Under the pieces are notes generated by a model, which saw nothing but the letters and a program-made list of their open reading frames with translations, was not told where the DNA came from and did not search any database. A DNA stretch of 64,000 nucleotides from Vicugna vicugna (Eukaryota): positions 1,252,335-1,316,334 of the forward strand of contig MU057521.1 in the NCBI GenBank assembly GCA_013265495.1. The letters are read 5' to 3'. Position numbers and translations under genes: made by a program. Below, piece after piece: positions 40,559-52,497 of this stretch (position 1 is the stretch's first letter; the number at the start of each line of letters is the position of its first letter).

Positions 40559-41520
40559 GTAAAAATTACAGCTTATAGTTTTTTGAAAGTTATATAAAGT
40601 TTTAAAATTGGATTTGTAGAGTACATATTTTCAGTCTGAAAAGACTGGCGTACACACCAAATCTTTTGGTTTTGAGACAAGATTTTTTTTATTTTTGTTT
40701 TTTTGTATTTCTTATTTTCTTATTTTTAATATTTTGTAACCAATTGTAATAAAAGAATGGGGTAAAGAATACAGACATATGTCTTCTTTGAAGCAATTGG
40801 AGAAATAAAATCAAGTACAGATTTGAAGAAAATTTAGTATCCCAAAACTGAAAAAGGAGCCACAAGTGAAAGCCAGCTCACTGGGCTCCTTTTTGCATTC
40901 CATTTGATTTGCTTAGTCCTTCATAATCATATCATCTAGCTGCTTATGTAGTTTTGTCTCATCCTTTCTGAAAACAGGATTTATGTTTTATTAATAATAC
41001 TATCCTACAATTGGACAGGCTTCGCAGTCAACTTAAACCCTTCCGTACAGGTGATTTGAGTTGTCTTAATTGATCCTACAACAACTATATGGCATAAATA
41101 GGACATGCACTATTCCCCCAGTTTTTATAGATGCAGAAATTAAGACCCACAGATGTTATAACTTACCCATCTGACTCTTAGTCCAGTGTTCTTTTCTCAT
41201 AAGTAATAAATTTTATTTTATCTTTTTTTATAATTTTAACTTCTATGCTACTAAAGAGTTGAAATTTCTATCATCATTGCAAATGATGAACCTAAAAGTA
41301 TAGTTCCTGAATATGCTAAAAGTTTATAGTTTTATAAGGTGATTTCCTTTTTTAAAGAATCTTAGATGTAACTTATTAAAATTGTAAAAAGTAATTCTGT
41401 ATGTTTTGCCAATATTTTCATTGTTAATATTCCTCATAAATGTAGTATTTTTCAGTACACTAGTAAGATTCTTGTGGTTCTTATGGCTTTCACTTTTAGC
41501 ATTGATTTTTTTTCTTTCAG

Positions 41521-41620
41521 TGCAAATCCAGCCTACCATGAGTTATTGTTAACTGTTTTATGGTATGGTGTTGTCCATACTTCAGCACTTGTGAGGTGTA
41601 CTGCTGCTAGAATGTTTGAG
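41521..41620 (+). CDS. RELCH: RELCH coding exon, 100 nt: ANPAYHELLLTVLWYGVVHTSALVRCTAARMFE
   Basis: tctttcag|TGCA...GAG|gtatgt; phase 2 to 0. Confidence 0.95.
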
Positions 41621-42299
41621 GTATGTGTACAAATGTTTCTCTTGGTTCAGATCATAATGATTTTCTTTGGAAGAGGTAATGGGAATATTTCTCAAAAAAA
41701 GAGGGCTTTTCATACTATGTTATGTTGATTATCTTTTATGATGTTGGACAGTATCTAGTTGTGTACTGTGTGATGGGGCAGGAATTTAGCTTTGATATAT
41801 TTCAGAATGTTTTCTAGCCTTATTGGTTTCTTGAATATTATTTCCATTTCTCAGAATTTCTTTTAAATCTTACTTTAATTTCCATCCTATATAAATCTTC
41901 CTGACTATTCTATTTACTGAGGTAAAAGGCTGCCAACTAAAACAATACAGGGTATCATTAAAGTTGTAAAATATAGTTGGATTCCATGAGTAACATTTTA
42001 AAAATCAGTTATTGCAATTATGGAAATACTTATTTTATTGATTACTCCTACTTCATTATTCCCTCACATATCATATCAGGAGTAACAACATCTCTATACA
42101 TTAACTGCCCGTAGACTTAGAAGAGACCCAAGTGTAATATGGAGACTAGAATACTTACCTTTTTATCCATCATAGAGAAAATTGTGTTATAACCTAGTGT
42201 ATGTGGGTGTATAAATATATATATTTCTGGAACTTGTATTTGAGCACCAAATTGGTTTAGAGTGTTTCTTACTGCTATTGAATCTTGCCATAAAGCCGT

Positions 42300-42510
42300 A
42301 CTACCTGGGTTCAGTGTCTGTCTCTGCCACTTAATGCCGAGGTCAGACTTCTCTGTGCCTTAGTTTCCTCATGTATAAAGCGAAGATGATAATAATAAGT
42401 ATCCATCTCAAAGAATTCTTGTTAATATTAAATGAATTAATACTTGTAAAGCCCTTAAAATAGTGTCTGACACATAGTAATAAAAGCTTAACAAATGTTA
42501 ACTATCATTA
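42300..42510 (+). mobile_element. MIR SINE
   Basis: Core ctctgtgccttagtttcctcatgtataaa...tgtaaagcccttaaaatagtgtctgacacatagtaa. Confidence 0.75.
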
Positions 42511-45059
42511 TCACTATTGAGTTCTTTTTTTTTAATCTATGCTGTTACCTCACAAAATAATATAATAGTTTAGGAAACATGTATTTATCCAAACTAAAAT
42601 TGTCCCTAATATGCATGTAATTCTTAAAATATGTTAAAGCCTTTTTTTCCATAAGAAGAATTGGACATTTCTTCCTGAATTTCAGAATTTCTACATAATT
42701 TAAGATAAATTGCAATCTAAAAAATAGACCACTGATCTATTTAAAATATATACCCTCTGAAACTTTTAAATCTATAAAATATATTTGTGGAATCTAAAGA
42801 AAATTCCATTGTTATTGGAAGATTGAAAATTCTCTGTCCATGTTATTCCCACAGTTATTATACATATTTGATCAAAAAGCTAATCACGTGTTGTTTGTCA
42901 AGATAAATGCCAAAATAAAAATTCAGTTAGATGTATAGTGTAAGTTCCTTCTGAGTATAAATAATTTTTAATTATTCAGTATGCTAAAAAGAGTTACTTC
43001 CATTAAAAAGTCTTAGCCTCCTCTTCCCCTAAAAAGAAAAACGCCATCCTACTTCTGTGATCTACTTTTCATAAGACTTTATTCTAAGACCATAAAAGCT
43101 ATTTCTTTTTCTTAAACTGTTTGTTTCTAAAATGTATGTATATACTGGTGAAGCATACCATATAAGTGAAAATAATTTAAATAAATAAAATGAAGCATCC
43201 TTCCTTTTTATTTGTTTTTGTATTTTTTCTGCTTTATTTCTTACATGTGGCTTTTACCTGGTTTTGGTTTCTATGTCTTCTCTCAGTGCTGACTGGAAAC
43301 TATACCTGTGCTTAAGCAGCTTTCAGAGTTCTATCAGATTGATTATTAATTTCTGAGTCTAATTTGGGAGACTTATTTCAACATTTTTTTCAAATTCATC
43401 TATGATAAAAAAGATTTTTACTGAGCATGCAAGTAAAAATCATCAATAGGAAAAATTAAAGTTACCTTGTCAGGGAACCTTATTTCTGAACAAAATTATA
43501 TTAAAAGAGTAATTGTTTCATAAGATTTTTGATACTGATGCTTTACAATTTACAATGCCTGCTTTGCCCCCAAAATAGGTTAATTCAAAATAAAAACATA
43601 AAAAACAGGACACTTAAACTTTTAAATTTTTATAATGTGAGACCAGAAGCTGTTGAGAAGAAAGTAGGAAATGAATACACCAGGAACATAAGATAAGCTA
43701 CTTAGCGAAATTGAACACTAAATTGAGCTCTGAGTTTTCAGACAAAATGGGGAAACCCAATCAATCATGTTATTCTCATTGTTAAGTAAGAGATAATATA
43801 TTATTTCTTGATATAGCAAATTGTTATTGAAATTGATTTATAAAAGAGACTGTTGTGTGACTTCTAGTGTGACATAATGGATTTCCCAAAAGATACAGGA
43901 AAGAACTTCATATAATGATTTCTTACATCACCATAAGGAAATAAGCAGGTAACAATAAGGCAACAATTAAAAGAAGGCATGGCCTTTTTAAGACAGATGT
44001 GACTGAGTCAGTTTTCTAGCTCTACCTCTTTTTGTCTCTGAAGCTCTGGACAAGTTGTTTAACTTCTCGAAGGCTCAGTTTCTTCATCTGTTAAAACATT
44101 GATAATAATTGTACTTCATTGGGTTTAAAAAATCAAATGACAGTGTGTATAAAGTGTGTAATAATTGATAGCTCTTAAATTTTGCTTTCTGAGTTTCTAG
44201 CTTAGTAAAGAAATTAAACTTAAAAACTCCAGGACAATGAAAAATTAACCTGTTCATTAGATTATCCTTTTTTATTTTTTAATGCTTTTTGGCTGGCACA
44301 AGATAGACAGTTCAAGATATACTTTACTGATTCAAATCTAAGCTACCTTATTTATAAAATAATACAGAGAAGAAGAAGGTTTTACTTAATAGTGTTTGAA
44401 GTTCTTTACCATTTGTTTCTACCTGACATCTGTAATGTTTAAGGTAGTTACAAAAGCTCCTTTGTCATTTTATTCCTTTCCAAATTATCTATGGTTCTGT
44501 TGAAGTAAAAATATCTCAGAATACTGAAGTATATCTAAGGTGAATCAGTTGTCAAATAGTAACATTATTGTAAAATTAAAATCTTCACGTAAAAGGAGCT
44601 TTGCTCTCTTATGTGGCTAACGTGCACACGGTGTTGGGTTTTTGTTACTAAAAATTTCATGGCATCTTCCGTCTTCCATAAGGACTAATTCTGTTACAAA
44701 GTGATTAGCATTTAGGGTTAATTTGTGTTTACATTCGGAATTGAGAATGTAGGATTAGGATGTTACCCTTCTCTGTTGAACTCATAAAATTCAGTGATTT
44801 TTATAAACATAAAACAAATACAGCTAAATATTGTTCTCTTGTTCTGTGATTTTGAGTTGGTTGTTAAATGAATCATTTTATGATTAGATTATAGAAGTAG
44901 GTCTAATTGTGTTCATTTTTTTCTTTACTTGAGCTTTTAGAGAAATGCAAAACAAAGAACTATTTGTAGTTAACTACTTGGATCAGCCAAAAACATTTTT
45001 AATTCGTAATTTCATTTTCCAAATACATCACAAATTTTATATCCTTTTAGTAGTCATAA

Positions 45060-45260
45060 TAATTAAACTCACATTTCTTGAATGCCTAGTCTTTGTCAGA
45101 CACAATATTTAAGTATATTATATGCAATTAGTAGCACAATGATCCTTTAAGGTAGATGACATTGTCACCATTTTCAGATGAGAAAACTGAGTTTCAAGAG
45201 ATTATCTAAGGCCACATGACAATAAGTGGAGAGCTAGAGTCTGAACCCAGGTCTGATTCC
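45060..45260 (-). mobile_element. MIR SINE
   Basis: ccattttcagatgagaaaactgag...ctaaggccacatgacaataagtggagagctagagtctgaacccaggtctga. Confidence 0.7.
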
Positions 45261-45846
45261 CACATGAAATAAGTACTTTCACTAGGCTGTACCTTAAGAA
45301 AGAAAGCTATGTGATGTAAAAGGTGGGGAATTTTCATATGTGATCTTTAAATTTACTTGCTATAGAACAATCAGAAGCAGTTTAGTGGTGGCTGCCAGCC
45401 ATTTGAGTTTGGTTTAAAAACAGTCCAGTTTGCACTTTGTTGGTCATAACAAAATTATACCAGATTCATTTAAAGAATTTAACCATAGAACCCAGTGTGT
45501 CTTTTTTCAGCTTCTCTAAAAACAAGAACAAAAGTAAAACTTTATTTTAAAATGCATTTTAATTGGACATGGAAATTGCATAGACTATTTGACCAAAAGT
45601 ACAAACTGCCATTGAATTGGTGACAAACTGGTTCTGGGGACTGCTAGGCTGTTTAAGCTTTATTTTTCTCCTGAGCATTCTCTGCCTTTTTAAAGCACTC
45701 TAGCAGCAATATTTGCTTAGCTTCTAATTTTGGTTTTGCTTTTGTGTTTTCTCTCTTTCTCTTGGTTGTTCCTTTCTTCTTCCCGTGGCATTGTGTTTGC
45801 TCTTTCCATGCATCACCTGTGAATACCCCCTGTGCTGACCAATCAG

Positions 45847-45929
45847 CTGTTGGTGAAGGGGGTGAATGAAACTCTGGTAGCTCAGAGGGTTGTTCCTGCT
45901 CTCATAACTCTCTCCAGTGACCCTGAAAT
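45847..45929 (+). CDS. RELCH: RELCH mutually exclusive exon A, 83 nt: LLVKGVNETLVAQRVVPALITLSSDPE(I)
   Basis: aatcag|CTG...GAAAT|gtaagt; same length and phase (0 to 2) as exon B; 17/27 residues identical to it. Confidence 0.9.
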
Positions 45930-46433
45930 GTAAGTGTCACCCCTGCCTTTTACGTTCAGCGTCCCTTTCAGACTGCGCCTGTCAGGAAATAACCATCAGC
46001 TTTTAAATTCATTGAAGAACAGATTTATCTCTTTAAAATAAAATATTGGATTATGCTTACTTGATTTTAAACTTTATTATACAACTATTCATGTATCCTT
46101 TTTTAAGTCAACCTTCACAGTAAGCCTAATGTGAAGGCCATATATTGAAGAATATATTAGTAGTATTAGTCCTCAATAAACATTTCCGAAACTTAAAACG
46201 TGCTGATGGACTATTTCTTCCAAGCCAAGAAGGGATGCTCTGCTAATCTCACTAACATGTTGTTACCAGTAAGTATAGTGGCATGAACCAAAGGCTTAAC
46301 ATTTTAATGTCTCGTGTGGGTGACTAAACCAAGAAAGGCCAATGAGTCTGCCTGCCCATCCTCAGTCACAGCTAACCCAGTTCTCATTCCAGTTTACCAA
46401 ACCATTTTTTATTGCATGTTGACTGGTTTACAG

Positions 46434-46516
46434 CTGACTCTTCGAGGCATGAGTGAAGCGTTAGTTGACAAGCGGGTTGCTCCGGCCCTTGTTACCTTGT
46501 CCAGTGATCCTGAATT
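46434..46516 (+). CDS. RELCH: RELCH mutually exclusive exon B, 83 nt: LTLRGMSEALVDKRVAPALVTLSSDPE(F)
   Basis: tttacag|CTG...GAATT|gtgagt; phase 0 to 2. Confidence 0.92.
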
Positions 46517-46722
46517 GTGAGTTTCACAGACTGCGACCTTAAGTTATCCTGTCTGTCTTTTTGAGCATTCTTCTTGGTCTGCTTTTTTTTAATTTAATTC
46601 GTCATTGCTAGAGACTAATACAGTATATTTACCTTGTACTTACTTTGATATATATATTTTTATAATAATCGGTTTTTTATCTCTAAGAAAGTTTCAGTTT
46701 CCTTCTTTTTTAATTCTAACAG

Positions 46723-46786
46723 CTCTGTCAGGATTGCCACAATTCCAGCCTTTGGCACTATTATGGAAACAGTTATTCAAAGAGAG
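46723..46786 (+). CDS. RELCH: RELCH coding exon, 64 nt: SVRIATIPAFGTIMETVIQRE
   Basis: ctaacag|CTCT...GAG|gtaaga; phase 2 to 0. Confidence 0.94.
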
Positions 46787-47604
46787 GTAAGAAATGACTA
46801 GAATTTATTTAATCTGTGTACTGTTGAGGTGATGATACCACATTACCATATGGGTATCTAGGGGTTGGGGTCAGGGAGCATCATACCCTTTATTTTATTT
46901 CTTAGTTACAAGCTGGAGGAGGATCTTAGTATTTGAAAATATGATAGCCTACCAAAAGTATATTTTTACATCCTAAGGAAATCTCTAGTCTTTCTTCTCA
47001 ATTAGAAAATTAAGTATAAGCCAACTCTCAGATGTTCTGTTTTAAGCCTATCTGGATATTACAGTTTTGAATAATCCTTCAAACCAGATCTAGTTCCAAA
47101 GGCTTCTCTTATCCAGTAGACTTCTGGATAGTCTACATAAATTCCTGATTGCCAGTTTGCATAAATATGAAGACAGGTTTTGTTAGTTTCACAAATGGAG
47201 GCTAGAAGGTACCTATATTCTTGTCACTGTCATTACTTTGCCTGACATTGATATCAAGCTGCAAGCCATGTAGACTGGCCTTACCTTTTTGCAGCACACA
47301 TCTCTGTGATAACCTTGTATCATGCCTGCTTCAGGAGATTACCAAAGTCTTCTTCCCTAAAAGTGTATCTTGATTCAGAAACTTGCAATTTAATTTTAAG
47401 TTTGTTAGGTTATATCTGCAAATTAACTCTAGAGCACTTCTCAAAATTAGTATCAGAATTTTATTCTTTATTATCAAATTGGACATGCCCTTATACAATG
47501 AAAAACCCTGTACATAAGAAAATAAATTATTTGTGGACATATTACTTAGCCACTTAAATGGAAAATAAGGTTTTCCATCTCGTAGACATTTTACCCTGTA
47601 TATA

Positions 47605-47627
47605 TGTGTGTGTGTGTGTGTGTGTGT
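47605..47627. repeat. (TG)n microsatellite
   Basis: About 11 uninterrupted TG units. Confidence 0.9.
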
Positions 47628-48250
47628 ATCTATATGTGTATGTATAAATTGTTTTATAAAATTTTTTATCATAAAGGTTTCTTATAACAAAAATTAAACA
47701 ACTTTGTTAGTCGTGGGAAAAAATGTTTTCTGTTTTTTCACTTACATGTTTCACTGGTGGAGCAAAAAAAAAGAACACATCTTTTTGCAAAGCTTGCAGT
47801 CTTGGCAGAATTTCAACACGTTCTTAAATCCTAAAATAAAAATGTCTTTTAGGGAAATATGAGTAAGATGTAAGTCATTAATGACTCATTGCTTTCAGAA
47901 GGTGAATAAGTGGGTAACTTATGCTATGATTTTTTTAAGAATTATAATTTAGATACAACATCGTCATACATCTATCTTTTTTCCTAAATATTGTGGGGTC
48001 TTTTTTTGTTTTTTTACAGTCTGTCAGGGAATATTTGTGTTTTTAAAAAACAAAAAATGAATTAACAAGCATAAACAAAAATGTAAAACCTTTTCTGTGC
48101 CTAAAGACTAAACAAGTACTTATTTAACTCAAAATTTCTGTTATTATGTTGATATAAGTCATTTGAATCTAGTGCTGGAAGCCATGTTTTATGTGTATCT
48201 TTCTCTTTAATAACGCCACTCAATTTGACTGTATAATATTCACTTTTAAG

Positions 48251-48389
48251 TTGCTGGAAAGAGTGAAAATGCAGCTGGCTTCTTTCCTGGAAGATCCTCA
48301 GTATCAAGACCAGTATTCTTTGCATACAGAGATCATAAAAACATTTGGTAGAGTTGGGCCTAATGCAGAACCAAGGTTCCGAGATGAGT
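48251..48389 (+). CDS. RELCH: RELCH coding exon, 139 nt: LLERVKMQLASFLEDP...EPRFRDE(F)
   Basis: cttttaag|TTG...GAGT|gtaagt; phase 0 to 1. Confidence 0.94.
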
Positions 48390-48646
48390 GTAAGTTGCAT
48401 TTTTCTACCTTTTTTCCTGAATTACAATGTAAGAGCAAAGCCAGAAGCTTTTCTGAGAATTTGTTGTCTGTTAAAGCCTTTCTACACTTTATCTTCCACA
48501 TGTTGAAAGTTGAAAATGAAACAAGTTTGTTACTGTGGATTGATCAGTGTCACTAATACTGAATGGTTTCTTATGCTCCATAGAGATTGCTATAGACATG
48601 TGAAAAGTAACTCATAAACAATTTCAAGTTATTTTTTTAAATTCTT

Positions 48647-48925
48647 TTTTTTTTACATTTTTTATTGATTCATAATCATTTTACAGTGTTGTGTCAAATT
48701 CCAGTGTTCAGCACAATTTTTCAGTCATTCATGGACATATACACACTCATTGTCACATTTTTTTCTCTGTGATTTATCATAACATTTTGTGTATATTTCC
48801 CTGTGCTATACAGTGTAATCTTGTTTATCTGTTCTACAATTTTGAAATCCCAGTCTATCCCTTCCCACCCTCTACCCCCCCCCCCGCCCCGGTAACCACA
48901 AGTCTGTATTCTCTGTCCATGAGTC
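48647..48925 (-). mobile_element. Young 5'-truncated LINE1 3' end with perfect target-site duplication
   Basis: Poly-T start, tttatt signal, L1 3'UTR-like C-rich tract; 17-bp direct repeat tatttttttaaattctt at 48630-48646 and 48926-48942. Confidence 0.85.
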
Positions 48926-51900
48926 TATTTTTTTAAATTCTTAACTATTAATTTCAAAATATTGTTTTTCTTATATGTAGAACTTTTATTTAATTTATTT
49001 TTAAGGACATTTTTATGTGTTTCTTGACACATTCTTATGAAAGATAAGCATTTCTTCCACTTAGAATGCCATTCCATTGTTTTGTATTAAATCATGGCTT
49101 ATACTAAATGATCTGCAAGATTATCTGTATTTTCTGTGGTTTCTTTAGGATCACTTTTACTGTGGGACTCAGCCTTTAAGACAGATTTCTTTGATTGGCA
49201 TCAAAGTATCCAGTAATTTTTACTCCAAAAGCGTAACAGTTGTCACTGTTATGCTTTAGTCCTTTTATTTTTAGCAATTTGACATGCTCTAGAAAGGACA
49301 AGTTTTGCTTCTTAAGTCAGATGGTTTCTAGTACAAAATTGGATTCTCCCATAGACTAGTTATTGCATATCCAACTTGTTATTTTTAAGATAAGAGTTAT
49401 CGACAAAAAGTAGTCAAGATTTGAACTGCAGTGTTCAAAATTTGGTCAGTTGAGTGCATTAACATTTATTGAGCTACAGAAACACAATCACAAGATTATT
49501 TTTCAGTGGGTAATAGTGTTGGTAGAGTGAGAAGAAAATAACAATATTTTGCAATTAGTTAACAGAGAAAGGTTTGGTATTTTAGTTAGCTGTAGGGATA
49601 GTTCCTCATCACAATAACATAAGATTTACAGGTGCTTTGACTAACTCTTTTGAGGCTGTAGTTGCTTTGAAGTGAGGAAAATAAGTCTTGGTTGTTGGAT
49701 TAAGGAATAAGCTAATAGGCAACAGGTCTTGGTGGTTGTCATGTTGAGATAGTAACTCTCTAAAACATGATCTAACCTTTTTATGTACATTCAAAAGAAA
49801 GATTTATGCATCACATGGAAAAAAGAAATTTTCTTTTCATAATGGTCCCAAAGTAACGATTACTATTTGACTTGAGAAAAGACTGAGAATATAAGTTTTT
49901 ACTATTTAAATAGGTGTAGTAGACCATTATCTCTGAGGCCTCCTACAACTTACTGTATACCCACAAGTATGTCTTATACAATCTTTCTTCACATTCTGGC
50001 ACAACCAGACTTTTTTTTTTTTTTTAAGATAAAAACATTTTTTTCTTCTGTATTTACTCCTCAGTCAATTGGCTTCCCTTTTGCTTTAAAACTGTGGCCT
50101 GAGGAATTTAATGTCCTGTATTAATAAGACTAATGGTAGACAAAGTAGAACCCATATTGACAAGGGTGCTGTATTGTTATCTGTCTGTATTTCCAGATAA
50201 TTCCAATTAGGAGTTTAGAGAAAGGACAGAGAATTGCTGGGTGGTAATGTCTTCCTTGGAGTGGCATTTTTGGATATTTGCCTCTCTTTTTCTTAGAGAA
50301 TATAAGACTTTGGTTCATCCAGTGTCCTTTCATCTTTCCCAGCTCTTAGTTATCACAGGACCTTTTGGTCTTTTTTATCTCAGGAGACATTTATTTTATC
50401 CAGAGCATAATACAATTTTTGTCTTTTTGTTTTCCATTTCTTTAACTTTATAAGACTGTCTGAAAATGTTAAATCATACATTGGAGATTTTCTAACTTGG
50501 CAATTTTACATTTTAGATCAGTTTTTTTCAAAAGTCCCTTATTTTAGATCTGATCCCATTTACAAAAAGAGATGACAAAATTCCCTTCACTTTTGCTGTT
50601 GGATCTACCCCAGAATATTTTTTGAAAGTTTATTAAAATCTATTTTTATAAAGTCTCCCATTGATTTATCTTTATTTTGTTTGCGGTTTTGAATCTTTGT
50701 CCCATCTGCCCTTAAGAGAAAAGCTTCTGAAGTGGCCTTATGTTGTGTATTTCCTATTTTCCTTGCCCACCAAAGGTCATTGTAGAATTACTCACATCTA
50801 GGTTAGTAAATCTTTTAACCATTTATCTCTATCTGAGAGGTTAACAATTAAGTGAATTAATTGGTAAGATGTGGTAGCCCAGGATAATACATATATAATG
50901 AAGTATTGAATTCTGTAGTAAATTTCTGTTTATCTTCTGAGATTTAGGAAGATCTTTAATTATAGCCTTTAACTCTCTCTACAATTTAAAGTAACTTGTA
51001 TAGGTTTGTTTTCTAGTTAAGCAGTTTTAAGAGGGTATTACATAATGTGGTTGTTGAATTTCTGAGAAAAACATTGAGGAAAGGATTGCTTGTGTAGGAA
51101 ATCAGAGAAGGAGCAGAATCAATAAAGAAGCTGTGTGTTTATAGATAAAGAAGTATAGGGAAGGTAAGTTTCAGAAGGTTTGGGCAGAAATGAAATAGAG
51201 AATCTTAAAGAGACTAACTTAGAGCCACCATTTTGTTGAGACCTCAGCATGCCAATTGATGAATTGGAGTTTCAGTGAATTCATTGGGATTTCAATGAAT
51301 ATTTGGAGTTTTCTGTCTCCTAATTATTTTTTTAGAGCACCTCTAAAGTATGTAGTTATTATTAATTTTGACAAGTCACAAAGTCCCCTAAAAATGACCA
51401 TTGTTGTCCTAAGTTTTTGTGGAGTTTTTTGCCATTTACTAAGTAAGCATAAAAGTTGTAATTATAGTGCTGGTTTATTGAGGAGGCAGGAGATTTTTCT
51501 AAAAAGAGATTGTATCTTAAAGATATACAAAGTCAGTGTAAACATGAAAGAAGTCACTGCAGTTGGTCAGAAGTATGTGCTTATGAATGCTGTTTTGGGT
51601 TCTCCAACAAAGCAGAACCTATAAAGGGACCGTGATTATCAACAATTTGATAATCTCTGACCCTGGCCATTTCTCCAAGAAACCCTGGTTTTGGTAGGAA
51701 ATGATATTTAGAAAACACAATCTTAGGCAGTAGGGGTGCTCATTGCTACTGAAATGGTTACCATTTCTTGGGCCATCACTTTTATTTTAGCAGTGTGTTG
51801 CTATATTTTTTAAATTTTACACTATTCTTTGAGATACAAGATATTGAGCCCACTGAGTGACTTGAAAACTCAGCCACCAGTGCTACTTGACATTGGTCTT

Positions 51901-52380
51901 TGCTAAGAACTTGAAAAACTAAAGCTAATAATAGTTTTATGAAGTAGTGAAATAATTTGATGTTGAAACAAGTATACTTTATTTATATCTTTTTTTAATA
52001 GCAACAGTAATACCTGATTTTTATAAACTTATTTATAAAGATGATAATAACACAAGGGGTAGGTTGTTTACATTTGTTTATTTGGTTTTCATATTTCAAA
52101 TTGGGAAATTTAATTGCAGTGAAGCCAAATGACCTGTGTACATCCTCATAATTAGGTTATGATGGCATGCTATAATTTATTTCTCCCAAATCCTAGATCT
52201 TTATTCTGTGAAAAACGTGCTTTTTTCCTGAATAAGAAAAGCAAGTGTAAGATGTGGGTAGTCTTTTAAAATCATCCCAGAATTAAAATAAAATTTTATA
52301 AAATAAACTGAAAATTTGTTTTTTTAAATTTATAAGTATGTTTTAGATTAAAATGTAACAATTTTTTTTTCTTTTTTCAG

Positions 52381-52497
52381 TTGTCATACCACATTTGCAT
52401 AAGTTAGCCTTGGTGAACAACTTACAAATTGTGGATTCTAAAAGACTGGACATTGCTACCCATCTTTTTGAAGCCTACAGTGCACTTTCCTGTTGTT
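52381..52497 (+). CDS. RELCH: RELCH coding exon, 117 nt: VIPHLHKLALVNNLQ...EAYSALSCC(F)
   Basis: ttttttcag|TTGTC...TGTT|gtatcctt (U12-type donor); phase 1 to 1. Confidence 0.93.

Noticed and set aside
45721..45846. In-frame 5' extension of exon A from the AG at 45719-45720
   Set aside because: Contains an in-frame TGA before the exon.
46314..46433. ORF extending upstream of exon B
   Set aside because: Chance open frame in intron; the acceptor at 46433 gives the exact length match with exon A.
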